From the NCBI GenBank assembly GCA_963664705.1, contig OY761556.1, positions 1,472,001 to 1,536,000 on the forward strand: 64,000 nt of DNA. The letters run 5' to 3'. Each line of letters begins with the position of its first letter. Position 1 is the first letter of the stretch. Under the pieces are notes generated by a model that worked only from the letters and a program-made list of their open reading frames with translations, was not told the origin of the DNA and ran no database searches. Made by a program: the position numbers and the translations under genes. Positions 49,191-58,755 of this stretch are shown here, piece after piece. The stretch comes from Acidobacteriota bacterium. GTDB lineage: Bacteria > Acidobacteriota > UBA6911.

Positions 49191-49714
49191 ACAAGGTCTC
49201 CTTTGGGTTGCGGGGATGCCAGGAGCAGCGGGCGCAGGGATGCGTCCTCGGCCAGCTCTGAGAGTCCACGCATAACAAGTGAGGATGCCAGCGTGCCGAA
49301 AAACAGGCCGCTGAAAAAGCGCGTGCACCAGGTGTTCGTCCATAGTCCGGCCGCCGGCGCCAGTGCATCGCAGGCAAGCAGTAGGACAGCGCTCAAAATC
49401 CAGCCGCGGCGCGTCCGAGGGCTTCGGTTCATAACATCCATGTTCAGAAAACAGCCGAGAAACAGGCCTGCATAAATACCCATGCAGCGGTGGCAGACCG
49501 CCAGGGGATACCCCAAAAGCGAGAAGGATCTCTCCGGCATCTGATGGCAGATGCGGGAGAAGAGCAGGTACAGGACAGATGCGGCCGTGCCGTGCGAGCG
49601 GGCGAGCAGGATGGGCGCCGCGACGGCACACAGGCAAACCATGCCGCAGGCAGCCGCCACAGCCATGCGCGGCTGGATCGACAATAAGAGATTTCTAAGG
49701 ACTATCCGCTTCAT
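49187..49714 (-). CDS. DUF2085 family membrane protein
   Basis: ICHQ.PERS and VCxRCxGIY.G motifs. Confidence 0.88.
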   Translation of the reverse strand: MKRIVLRNLLLSIQPRMAVAAACGMVCLCAVAAPILLARSHGTAASVLYLLFSRICHQMPERSFSLLGYPLAVCHRCMGIYAGLFLGCFLNMDVMNRSPRTRRGWILSAVLLLACDALAPAAGLWTNTWCTRFFSGLFFGTLASSLVMRGLSELAEDASLRPLLLASPQPKGDLV

Positions 49715-50022
49715 CCCTACCCCCCCCATTCAAGGGACCGCCATTATACCCGATAACGGCGAAAAGTCTGAAACACGGCAATTCCAGCTCTTTTTTTGGC
49801 CATCCGCCCCGCCTCCACTGGAGCTTCCTGGCGTACCATTTGGGACAGTTTCACTATGCGGAACAGGCCAAAATCCGCTAAAAATGCGGGTAAAATGAAG
49901 GTTCACTTGCGGGGGTTTCGATTCGGATAGCCAATTTCGAATCCTAGGATAAGTTTTTTTTATCCGTCAATGGCCCCTCGATTGCATGGGGGCGCCAAAG
50001 TGGAGCGGGGACCCTACTTTGG

Positions 50023-50068
50023 ACACAAGATTTTGTGCAGAAACGAAGTTTTGGACTATATCTTGTGT
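50023..50068. promoter_or_regulatory. Tandem NrdR-box-like operators
   Basis: ACACAAGATTTTGTGC (50023-50038) and GGACTATATCTTGTGT (50053-50068) resemble consensus acaCwAtATaTwGtgt; 30-bp period. Confidence 0.55.
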
Positions 50069-50086
50069 GAATTTTCCAAATATATC

Positions 50087-50115
50087 TTGACAAGCAATTG
50101 CAATTCCCTTATACC
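50087..50115 (+). promoter_or_regulatory. Putative sigma70 promoter of the ATP-grasp/KamA operon
   Basis: TTGACA-17 bp-TATACC, 23 nt before the ATG. Confidence 0.55.
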
Positions 50116-50138
50116 AAATTGCGAAAGGTTAGGGGTGG

Positions 50139-51164
50139 ATGAGAGTTGGATTAACTTTTAATATGAAGAGGGGCGAGCCGGAGGAGGCGCAGGAACCTCC
50201 TGGTAGTTACCCGGCGGACAGCCAGGCGGAATGGGACACACCCGAGACCATTGCCGCCGTGGAGAGCGCCTTGGCCGAACGCCATGAAGTGATCCCGATC
50301 GATGCCGGCGGGGACGCCTATGGTGCCCTCCAGAAGACCCGGCCGGACATCGTTTTCAATATCGCGGAGGGGAGTTCCGGCCCCTGCCGCGAGGGCTACA
50401 TCCCCTCCATCCTGGAGCACCTGAGAATCCCATACACAGCCAGCGACCCCCTCACCCTGAATATCTGCCTGGACAAAGCGCGGACCAAGGAGATTTTGGC
50501 CTATTACGGTCTGCCGACTTCCCGTTTCCGAGTCATCCGGGAGGACGGGTTTTCGTCCAATAGCCTGCATTACCCGCTGATGGTAAAGCCTTTACATGAG
50601 GGGTCCAGCATCGGGATCCGGAACGACTCGTTGGTCCGGAACCGGCAGGAGATGCGGGAGCGAGTCACATGGCTGATGCGGCAGTATGGGGAGCCGGCTT
50701 TGGTGGAGGAGTTTCTGCCCGGACGCGAGTTTACGGTGTCCATCATCGGCAATAACGAAGAAGCCCGTGCGCTTCCGATTGTGGAGATTCTCTTCGATTC
50801 ACTCCCGGACGGAGTGAATCCTATCTATTCCTATGAGGCCAAGTGGATTTGGGATCAGAGTTCAAATCCGCTGAAGATTTTTGAATGTCCGGCCCGCCTC
50901 AGTCCGGAACTGCAGGCTGACATCGAGAGCGCGTGCCTTCGCGCCTATGCGATTTTGCGGTGCCGCGACTGGTGCCGCATTGATGTACGTCTGGACGCTT
51001 CAGGTCGCCCTCATATTATTGAGCTCAATCCCTTGCCCGGAATTTTGCCGAAGCCGGAAGACAACTCCTGTTTTCCGAAAGCGGCGCGTGCGGCGGGGAT
51101 CAATTACAACCAGTTAATCAATGCGGTCCTGGATACTGCGTGTAAACGCTACAGGTTGATCTGA
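50139..51164 (+). CDS. D-Ala-D-Ala ligase-like ATP-grasp protein A
   Basis: DK.RTK, VKPLHEGSSIGI, EEFLPGREF, YSYEAKW, RIDVR, ELNPLPG; lacks N-terminal GGxSxE of canonical Ddl. Confidence 0.9.
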   Translation: MRVGLTFNMKRGEPEEAQEPPGSYPADSQAEWDTPETIAAVESALAERHEVIPIDAGGDAYGALQKTRPDIVFNIAEGSSGPCREGYIPSILEHLRIPYTASDPLTLNICLDKARTKEILAYYGLPTSRFRVIREDGFSSNSLHYPLMVKPLHEGSSIGIRNDSLVRNRQEMRERVTWLMRQYGEPALVEEFLPGREFTVSIIGNNEEARALPIVEILFDSLPDGVNPIYSYEAKWIWDQSSNPLKIFECPARLSPELQADIESACLRAYAILRCRDWCRIDVRLDASGRPHIIELNPLPGILPKPEDNSCFPKAARAAGINYNQLINAVLDTACKRYRLI

Positions 51165-52207
51165 TGGAACACAACGATTGCGTCATTCTCTACAACGCTG
51201 CGAGTATTGAAGAAGTGGATGGCTGCGAAGAGAAGATTTACGCCTCGAACATTATCCGTTCGGAAGTGGTGGCCATCGAGGAAAGCCTCCGCGAAGGCGG
51301 CTTCAACCCGTATGTGCTTTCGGTTGAGTATTTCACGAAAGACCTGGTCGATACTCTGGCCGATCTCGCGCCGAAGTTTGTGTTTAACCTGGTGGAAGAG
51401 ATCAACGGGAAATGCGAACAGGAAGCCTGTGTCGCGGGGCTGCTCGACATGATGGGAATCCCGTATACGGGCTCCGACCCGTTTGCATTGGGATTGGCGC
51501 TTAATAAATTTCATGTGAAGCAGATCCTGCGATCAGCGGGCATCCCCACGGCCCGCGGATTCCTGCGGTTCCCGGGGCAGAAGCTGTCGATTCCGCGCGG
51601 CATGCGGTTCCCGATGTTTGTGAAGCCAGCCCACGAGGATGCCAGCCTCGGGATCAACAGCAATTCCGTGTGCTACACGGCGGAGCAGCTCGAACGGCAG
51701 ATCCGATATATTCAGGAGATTTATCAGCAGGAAGCGCTGATCGAAGAATACCTGGACGGTCGTGAATTCAACGTCTCGGTGATCGGCGACAAGCGGCCGG
51801 AGGTGCTCGCGGTTCAGGAAATAGACTTTTCCGGAATGCCGGAGGGGGAACCGCGAATCGTGAGCTATCGCGCGAAATGGGACGAGGAGAGTGATTTTTA
51901 CAAAGGCACCGTGCCTGTCTGCCCGGCAAATATTCCGAAGCGAATGGAAAACCGGATTCGCGATGTTGCGATCCGGAGCCATTTGACCCTGGGCTGCCGC
52001 GATTATTCGCGTGTGGATATGCGCACCGATGCCCGCGGCAACCTGTATGTGCTCGAGGTGAATCCCAACTGCGATATTTCGCCGGGGGCCGGATTCGCGC
52101 GGGCCGCAGGAGTTGCCGGATACAGCTACACCGAGATCATTGTCAAAATCAGTGAAACAGCTATGGAGCGCGGCGCGAAAGTGACCGACGCCATTTATGC
52201 ATTCTGA
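51164..52207 (+). CDS. D-Ala-D-Ala ligase-like ATP-grasp protein B
   Basis: IPYTGS, VKPAHEDASLGI, EEYLDGREF, SYRAKW, RVDMR, EVNPNCD. Confidence 0.9.
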   Translation: MEHNDCVILYNAASIEEVDGCEEKIYASNIIRSEVVAIEESLREGGFNPYVLSVEYFTKDLVDTLADLAPKFVFNLVEEINGKCEQEACVAGLLDMMGIPYTGSDPFALGLALNKFHVKQILRSAGIPTARGFLRFPGQKLSIPRGMRFPMFVKPAHEDASLGINSNSVCYTAEQLERQIRYIQEIYQQEALIEEYLDGREFNVSVIGDKRPEVLAVQEIDFSGMPEGEPRIVSYRAKWDEESDFYKGTVPVCPANIPKRMENRIRDVAIRSHLTLGCRDYSRVDMRTDARGNLYVLEVNPNCDISPGAGFARAAGVAGYSYTEIIVKISETAMERGAKVTDAIYAF

Positions 52208-52697
52208 CGAGCATCCAACGATTGCAGTTCGACCGATGGCATCACGCGATCTACCTGTCGTCTCTTCACTAGTCGGGTCGATCGAGAACTTCAATGGAGC
52301 TGAAGTCGACTGTGCCCTGGAACTGATCAACATCTATCTGCAGAACGATAATCAAACCGACTACCGTGTGGTTGTGGCCGAGGATTCTACCCCCTCCGTG
52401 CGTGCGTATGCGTGCTGGGGACCGGTGCCGCTGACCAGGGGGACGTATGACCTCTACTGGATCGCAACGCACCCGGAGTCGCGCGGTCACGGTTATGGGC
52501 AGGCGCTGATGTCGTATGTGGAAGACAAGGTTAAAGCAGAGAAAGGCCGGCTTCTCGTCGTGGAGACGTCGGGAAAAAGTTCGTACACCGCAACGGTTCA
52601 GTTTTATCAACGCCTCGGGTACGAGGAGGCATCTCGTATAGAGCACTTTTACGATGTCGGGGATGACAGGCTGATTCTTGTGAAGAGGCTTTCCTGA
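52197..52697 (+). CDS. GNAT family N-acetyltransferase
   Basis: DLYWIA, RGHGYG acetyl-CoA motif, VETS, FYQRLGY. Confidence 0.92.
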   Translation: MHSDEHPTIAVRPMASRDLPVVSSLVGSIENFNGAEVDCALELINIYLQNDNQTDYRVVVAEDSTPSVRAYACWGPVPLTRGTYDLYWIATHPESRGHGYGQALMSYVEDKVKAEKGRLLVVETSGKSSYTATVQFYQRLGYEEASRIEHFYDVGDDRLILVKRLS

Positions 52698-52716
52698 CAG
52701 GGAGACAGGCTCGCAA

Positions 52717-53811
52717 ATGGAACGAATGGAGCAGTGGACGATTGATTTACGCAACAGCGTTACTCAGGGGCAGCAGCTTGCCGCGGATTTTGGCGCGGAC
52801 GCCTCGGAGATCGACGCCATCTGCAAAGAGTATCCGATGCGAATTCCCAAGTATTACTACAACCTGATCAAAGGGAAAGGGGATCCCGTCTGGATGCAAT
52901 CGGTGCCGTCGATCCAGGAGTTGCGCGATATGAATTCTCCGGAGGATCCGCTGCACGAAGAGGAAGACAGCCCCGTTCCACGGCTGACGCATCGCTATCC
53001 GGATCGCGTGCTCCTGCTCGTGACAGACCGCTGTCCGATGTACTGCCGTTTCTGCACGCGGAAGCGCATGGTCGGCAGGACCAGCACCATCACGGAAAAA
53101 ACCATCGCGATGGGCATCGACTATATTCGGAGCCATACCGAGATACGGGACGTACTGCTGTCCGGCGGTGATCCGCTGATGGTCAGCGACCGCAAACTGG
53201 AGCGGATTATTTCCAGCCTGCGCGCCATTCCGCATGTGGAGATCATTCGAATCGGAACGAGATTCCCCTGCGTCCTGCCGAGCCGGATCACGGATTCGCT
53301 CTGCAACATGTTGAAGAAATATCATCCGATCTTCATCAACACCCATTTCAATCACCCGCAGGAAGTGACGCCGCAGGCGAAGGAAGCCTGCGAACGCCTG
53401 TCGAACGCGGGAATCCCACTGGGCTGCCAGACTGTTCTCATGAAGGGGGTTAACGACGACCCTGCGATTTTGAAAGAGCTGATGCACAAGCTCCTGATGA
53501 TGCGAGTGCGCCCCTACTACCTGTATCAGGCAGACCTTACCCGGGGAACCAATCACTTCCGCACCCGTGTGGAAGCCGGACTGCAAATCATGCAGTCCAT
53601 GCGCGGATACACCACCGGGTTCGGAGTGCCGCAGTTTGTGATCGATGCTCCCGGCGGCGGAGGTAAAATCCCCCTGATGCCGGACTATGTCGTTCGATTT
53701 GATGAGAAGGAAATCGTACTGCGGAATTTTGAGGGGAAACAGTACCGGTATCCGCAGGCGGATCAGCCCTACGTCAAAGATACGCGCGACGTCGAACTGA
53801 TCAACTTCTAG
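52717..53811 (+). CDS. kamA: KamA family radical SAM protein, lysine 2,3-aminomutase-like
   Basis: HRYPDR, CPMYCRFC, SGGDPL, RPYYLYQAD, IDAPGGGGKIP (PLP lysine). Confidence 0.9.
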   Translation: MERMEQWTIDLRNSVTQGQQLAADFGADASEIDAICKEYPMRIPKYYYNLIKGKGDPVWMQSVPSIQELRDMNSPEDPLHEEEDSPVPRLTHRYPDRVLLLVTDRCPMYCRFCTRKRMVGRTSTITEKTIAMGIDYIRSHTEIRDVLLSGGDPLMVSDRKLERIISSLRAIPHVEIIRIGTRFPCVLPSRITDSLCNMLKKYHPIFINTHFNHPQEVTPQAKEACERLSNAGIPLGCQTVLMKGVNDDPAILKELMHKLLMMRVRPYYLYQADLTRGTNHFRTRVEAGLQIMQSMRGYTTGFGVPQFVIDAPGGGGKIPLMPDYVVRFDEKEIVLRNFEGKQYRYPQADQPYVKDTRDVELINF

Positions 53812-53843
53812 GTTCCTTCGATGGAAGTGCAGAGCTTTTGCCG

Positions 53844-54244
53844 GGAGCGCCGCGGTTGTTGCCACCAAAGCCGGTGCTCCCGGCAAAATAGGTTCCATAA
53901 ATAAATGGGGTTGATTAGTTTTTATCTTTGAACCGCGAAGACCTCGAAGACCGCAAAGATTTTTTGGCTCATTTTGCTGCTGGGCAATGAGATAGTGTGA
54001 TGGATAGGAAAGAAGTTGTGCATCATATTGTCGATTCAGCGGTGCCTGATGTATGAAGCATCAGGGATGAAAGCCAGCGTATGATCTGGCGAGAACGATA
54101 ACCGCAAAACCTGCTAAAATATTTTCTTTGCGGTCTTCGGGGTCTTCGCGGTTAATGGGGTTGCTAATTCGGTCAAGTCAGGTTTTGTTAGGAGCGCAGC
54201 GGTTGTTGCCACCAAAGCTGGCGCTCCGGTAAAAACAGGTTCCA
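53844..54244. repeat. 54-bp direct repeats enclosing a nonamer-palindrome element homologous to the 17.2-17.8 kb unit
   Basis: 53844-53897 vs 54191-54244 (7 mismatches by eye); 53894-53980 matches the reverse complement of 17466-17560. Confidence 0.85.
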
Positions 54245-54427
54245 GATCTTTGTACCCAATCAATAACGAGCAGCATTAGGGAAGTACCGCCCGACTTCTT
54301 TAGTGCTACATCGGACAAACCGGCGCTTTCGCTGACGACAGGCGCCGTGGCACTATTTCCACTAAAGGTTTTCTTGCACTGCCGTGTTTCGGCTGATAAT
54401 CTGCGCAAATAATGTGAGGGACGTGCG

Positions 54428-56092
54428 ATGAAGTTTATTTTTGTAACGGGCGGAGTTCTTTCATCGTTGGGAAAAGGGTTGGCAAGCGCTTCCATCGGCT
54501 GTCTTCTGGAAGCTCGCGGCTTGAAGGTCAATTTCCTTAAGCTGGATCCGTATATCAATGTGGATCCGGGTACCATGAGTCCTTTCCAGCACGGAGAGGT
54601 CTTCGTGACCGACGACGGCGCGGAAACCGATTTGGACCTTGGGCATTACGAACGGTTCGCCAACGTACGGCTCACCAAAGAGAACAACTCCACAACCGGC
54701 AGGATTTACCAGACCGTGATCGACAAGGAACGCAAAGGGGAGTTCCTCGGCAAAACGGTCCAGGTGATCCCTCATATCACCAATGAAATCAAGGCGACTA
54801 TTCGAAAAGTTGCCCAGGATGTGGATGTTGCGATTATAGAAATAGGCGGAACCGTCGGCGACATCGAGAGCTTGCCTTTCCTGGAATCCATCCGCCAGAT
54901 GCGCAATGAGGTTGGTCGGGAAAACTCGATTTTTGTGCATTTGACACTTGTACCTTATATTGGAACTTCCGGTGAATTAAAGACAAAACCGACTCAACAC
55001 AGCGTCAAGGAACTGCGCGAAATCGGTATCCAGCCTGATATCCTGCTGTGCCGGACCAACCGCCTTCTGGGGAAAGAGATCAAATCCAAGATTGCGCTGT
55101 TCTGTAACGTTTCCGAAAAGGACGTCATTACGGCACTGGATGTACACAATATTTATGAAGTACCGCTCGTGTATCACAGTGAAGGTCTCGATGACACGAT
55201 TGTCAGCCACCTGTCTCTTCCGGAGCAGGCGCCGGATCTGACCCGCTGGGAGAAGATGATTGAGGCGGCGCGCAATCCACTCGATTCCGTGCAGATTGGA
55301 ATTGTGGGGAAGTACGTCGAGTACGAAGACTCATACAAGAGCCTCAATGAAGCGCTTTATCATGGCGGGTTGGCCAATCAGCTGCGTGTGGAGCTGAAGT
55401 GGGTGGAATCGGAAGGTCTGATTGATGAAATGCTGGACGAGCAGTTGGGTAAGTATGACGCGATCCTTGTTCCCGGTGGATTCGGGAAACGGGGAATTGA
55501 GGGCATGATCAAAGCGGCGCAATGGGCGCGTGTAAAGAAGGTCCCATACTTTGGCATTTGCCTGGGCATGGAATGCGCGGTGATTGAGTATGCGCGCAAT
55601 GTCTGTGGGCTGCAGGCAGACAGTTCCGAGTTCGATCCCGCAGCGCCGCATCGGGTGTTCTACATGTTGCGGGAACTGCTTGGAAGCGAAGTCATGGGGG
55701 GGAACATGCGGTTGGGCGCGTATCCTTGCCTTATCGAGCCCAATTCGCTGGCACACAAAGTTTACGGGGCCAAGGAAATCTCCGAGCGGCATCGTCATCG
55801 CTATGAGTTCAACCGGGAATACGAGAAGATCATCACCAGTTATGGCATGAAGTTTTCGGGCAACTCTCCGGATGGCAACTTCGTGGAGATCGCGGAGCTT
55901 CCGGGCCATCCATGGTTCCTGGGTTGTCAGTTCCACCCGGAGTTCAAATCGAAGCCGCTGCAGCCGCATCCTCTGTTTGCGAGCTTTATCGGCGCCGCCT
56001 GTCTGCATAAGTCGGACAGGAGGAAGCACGCCGAAGAGGCGGCGCAGGCCGAAATCCAGGTTCCCAAGAATCAAGATACGGCCCGGTCCTGA
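54428..56092 (+). CDS. pyrG: CTP synthase
   Basis: [46 protein letters not shown]. Confidence 0.98.
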   Translation: MKFIFVTGGVLSSLGKGLASASIGCLLEARGLKVNFLKLDPYINVDPGTMSPFQHGEVFVTDDGAETDLDLGHYERFANVRLTKENNSTTGRIYQTVIDKERKGEFLGKTVQVIPHITNEIKATIRKVAQDVDVAIIEIGGTVGDIESLPFLESIRQMRNEVGRENSIFVHLTLVPYIGTSGELKTKPTQHSVKELREIGIQPDILLCRTNRLLGKEIKSKIALFCNVSEKDVITALDVHNIYEVPLVYHSEGLDDTIVSHLSLPEQAPDLTRWEKMIEAARNPLDSVQIGIVGKYVEYEDSYKSLNEALYHGGLANQLRVELKWVESEGLIDEMLDEQLGKYDAILVPGGFGKRGIEGMIKAAQWARVKKVPYFGICLGMECAVIEYARNVCGLQADSSEFDPAAPHRVFYMLRELLGSEVMGGNMRLGAYPCLIEPNSLAHKVYGAKEISERHRHRYEFNREYEKIITSYGMKFSGNSPDGNFVEIAELPGHPWFLGCQFHPEFKSKPLQPHPLFASFIGAACLHKSDRRKHAEEAAQAEIQVPKNQDTARS

Positions 56093-56099
56093 GGATTGA

Positions 56100-56924
56100 A
56101 TGGGTTCTGTCAAAATCGGTTCGATAAAACTCGGCAGTAAAGGCCGGCCGTTTTTCATTGCGGGCCCCTGCGTCATTGAAAGTGAGAAGCATTGCCTGAA
56201 GATGGCGGAGCGGCTGGCGTCGTACGCGGCACGGCTCGACGTTGACCTTATTTTCAAGGCGTCGTTCGACAAGGCAAACCGTACATCCGTCAGCTCCTAT
56301 CGAGGGCCGGGACTGGAAGACGGGTTGCGCATTCTCGAAAAAGCGCGCGACGTCAGTGGTCTTCCCGTCCTCAGCGATGTTCACGAAATGGACCAGGTAT
56401 CTGCGGCGGCGCAGGTATTGGATGTTCTTCAGATTCCCGCATTTCTTTGCCGTCAAACCGATCTGATCCAGGCAGCGGCCAAGTCCGGCCGCTGCGTGAA
56501 TTTAAAAAAAGGGCAATTTCTATCTCCTCTGGAGATGCGGAAGGTACTCGAAAAAGCGCTGGCGACGGGCAATCACAATATCCTGTTGACCGAGCGTGGA
56601 GCTTCGTTCGGATACAACAACCTTGTCGTGGATTTTCGCTCCTTTGTGATCATGCAGTCTTTTAGACAACCGGTGATCTTTGATGTGACCCATAGCGTGC
56701 AGGCTCCTGGAGGGCAGGGGGACAAATCGGGTGGAGACTCTCGGTTTATCCCGTACCTGGCGCGTGCCGGCGCCGCCGCCGGTGTGGACGGGTTCTTTTT
56801 CGAGGTTCATGATAATCCCTCCCTGGCCCTGTCGGACGGCCCCAATTCTCTCGACCTGAAAACCTTTCCCCGGCTGATTGAGGACATTCTGCGGATTCGC
56901 GGTGCGCTGCGGAGGACCCTGTGA
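56100..56924 (+). CDS. kdsA: KDO8P synthase
   Basis: AGPCVIE, KASFDKANRTS, QIPAFLCRQT, KKGQF, SDGP. Confidence 0.97.
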   Translation: MGSVKIGSIKLGSKGRPFFIAGPCVIESEKHCLKMAERLASYAARLDVDLIFKASFDKANRTSVSSYRGPGLEDGLRILEKARDVSGLPVLSDVHEMDQVSAAAQVLDVLQIPAFLCRQTDLIQAAAKSGRCVNLKKGQFLSPLEMRKVLEKALATGNHNILLTERGASFGYNNLVVDFRSFVIMQSFRQPVIFDVTHSVQAPGGQGDKSGGDSRFIPYLARAGAAAGVDGFFFEVHDNPSLALSDGPNSLDLKTFPRLIEDILRIRGALRRTL

Positions 56925-57898
56925 AAGCCGTCGGGACGCATCTTGCGTTGGCAACGGCCGCCCGTGTTCTCGAGGCGGAAGCGGAAGCGATTCGGACACT
57001 CATCGACCGGCTTGGAGAATCCTTTTTGACCGCGGTAGATCTGGCCGTCTCGTGCTCGGGGAAGATCGCGGTAACGGGGCTGGGAAAATCCGGAATCATC
57101 TGCAAGAAGATTGCCGCCACGCTCAGCAGCACGGGGTCTCCTTCCATCTTTCTGCACGCGGCTGATGCTCTGCATGGCGATTGTGGACTGCTTGGAAAAG
57201 AAGATGTGGTGCTGGCGATTTCCAAAAGTGGCGAAACGGAAGAGGTGCTGCAGATTCTGAATGTCGCAAAGCGAATGGGACTGCCGGTGATTGCGATGGC
57301 CGGCGAGCCGGGATCCTCGCTGGCGCAGTTCGCCGATGTGTTTCTGGACGTCAGCGTCGCCGAAGAAGCGTGCCCGCTCGGGCTGGCGCCCACTACCAGT
57401 ACGGCCGCGGCACTGGCAATGGGTGATGCCCTGGCGATGGCTCTCATGGAAAGAAAGGGCTTCGGCAAAAACGATTTCGCTTCGTTGCATCCGGCCGGCA
57501 GCCTGGGGAAAAAGCTGTTGCGTGTCAGGGAATTGATGCATACGGGAGCTGGGATCCCGCGCGTGCTCGAGTCGACGCCAATGGGCGATGCGATTTATGA
57601 GATGACCCGGAAGAGCCTTGGGATGACGGTGGTGACCGGCGAAGACGGCGTCCTGCTTGGCGTGGTTTCGGATGGCGATCTGCGACGCATGCTGCAGAAA
57701 TCCACCGATCCCATGAAGCTGAAGGCCGGGGAAGTGATGTCCCGGAATCCGAAGACCATTTCTGAGGATGAGCTGGCGACGGTGGCGCTGTCAAAGATGG
57801 AAGAGATGAAGATCACCAGCCTGGTAGTGGTGGATGCGGCCCGCGTGGTTACTGGCGTGGTGCATGTCCACGACCTGTGGCGCACCGAAATGTTCTGA
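56921..57898 (+). CDS. kdsD: Arabinose-5-phosphate isomerase (KpsF/GutQ)
   Basis: GLGKSG SIS domain, EACP.GLAPT, HPAG.LG, paired CBS domains. Confidence 0.94.
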   Translation: MKAVGTHLALATAARVLEAEAEAIRTLIDRLGESFLTAVDLAVSCSGKIAVTGLGKSGIICKKIAATLSSTGSPSIFLHAADALHGDCGLLGKEDVVLAISKSGETEEVLQILNVAKRMGLPVIAMAGEPGSSLAQFADVFLDVSVAEEACPLGLAPTTSTAAALAMGDALAMALMERKGFGKNDFASLHPAGSLGKKLLRVRELMHTGAGIPRVLESTPMGDAIYEMTRKSLGMTVVTGEDGVLLGVVSDGDLRRMLQKSTDPMKLKAGEVMSRNPKTISEDELATVALSKMEEMKITSLVVVDAARVVTGVVHVHDLWRTEMF

Positions 57899-57931
57899 AA
57901 CCGGGAATACCGGGATCGGCGCCGCCGCGGC

Positions 57932-58040
57932 CAATGCCGCATATTATTGGCAAAAAGGCGCCTTGGAGCGCTGCAGCTTGCTGCCGCTTTTGAAGACCAT
58001 TAAAGCCGAAGGCGGTGGCAAGCTACCTCACTCCGAAGGG
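57932..58040. repeat. REP-like palindrome (family B) preceded by a family A terminal motif
   Basis: AATGCCGCATATTATT then GGAGCGCTGCAGCTTGCTGCCGC...GCGGTGGCAAGCTACCTCACTCC imperfect inverted repeat. Confidence 0.6.
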
Positions 58041-58089
58041 CTTCGCCCTCGATAAATAAGCCGAGCGCCCGTCATTTTTTGGCTGCCGG

Positions 58090-58614
58090 TTACATCCCCC
58101 AATAATCGTGCGTGTTGACCGGCTTTCCCTGGAGTTTCAGATAATAGAAAAGTTGTCCTTTATGGGCTTTCAGATGATCGATCATCTGAAGAAGACGGTG
58201 TCCCAGGCTCATGGGTGATGGGTCCCAGGGAGCCGGTGCCTGTTGGTTCTCCAGGTCTTCCTCTTTGCACCGGGCAAGGATTTCCAAAGCGGTTTTCTTG
58301 TCCTCGCGCAGCAGTTTTTGTCCCTCGGCAATACTGGCGACTGTGGGCATTTTCTCGGCAGGCGGGAGCATTTCCTCCTGCGGCAGCTTGCTTGGATCGA
58401 CATCCTGGGGCATTCCCCAATCTCCGGTTGCGAATCCTTTGAACGTCGCGCCGCAGGATGTGCACAGATGCATCAGGAGCTGTCCCGTGGTCATCCAATT
58501 CGGGCCGGTGGAAGGCTTCCAGGGAAGCATCTGATCATTGGCCAGGGAAACCAGTTTTTCGGTGGAAGCATAGGCAAATTCGAGTTCTGACTTCAGTAGT
58601 TCCGTCCATTTCAT
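58090..58614 (-). CDS. DinB family protein
   Basis: Start MKWTELL; WKP...M.TGQLL.H and H...[12 protein letters not shown] motifs. Confidence 0.88.
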   Translation of the reverse strand: MKWTELLKSELEFAYASTEKLVSLANDQMLPWKPSTGPNWMTTGQLLMHLCTSCGATFKGFATGDWGMPQDVDPSKLPQEEMLPPAEKMPTVASIAEGQKLLREDKKTALEILARCKEEDLENQQAPAPWDPSPMSLGHRLLQMIDHLKAHKGQLFYYLKLQGKPVNTHDYWGM

Positions 58615-58755
58615 AAGGTTCCGCTTTCTGTGGGGGGAGTGGCTGAGGTAAGTGTAGCATTTTGCGCTGCGGAATCTAAAACCGCGCAAAACTCTGTGCC
58701 GATCTTTCCGGATGTCACTTGCGGTGGCCCCGGGCGATGGGTATGCTTTCGGCTT

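Noticed and set aside
48669-49637. Single 322-aa ORF or frameshifted fusion with DUF2085
   Set aside because: Better explained as two genes with an ATGA overlap and an RBS at 49190
50139-52207. Housekeeping ddl or van glycopeptide-resistance ligases
   Set aside because: Not in a dcw cluster, no vanH/X/R/S, and the canonical N-terminal Ddl motif is absent
52717-53811. KamA as EpmB (EF-P beta-lysylation), lysine fermentation enzyme or glutamate 2,3-aminomutase
   Set aside because: No efp/epmA or kamDE/kdd neighbours, and the two lysine-binding Asp positions are retained; roles in trans cannot be excluded
54348-54365. Sigma-54 promoter upstream of pyrG (TGGCAC)
   Set aside because: No TTGC at the required -12 spacing
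877-56272. Long antisense ORFs (877-2049, 14273-15694, 29249-30619, 32069-33289, 34149-35657, 52747-53898, 55331-56272)
   Set aside because: Each lies opposite a well-supported gene and is expected from GC-rich codon bias; no motifs recognised
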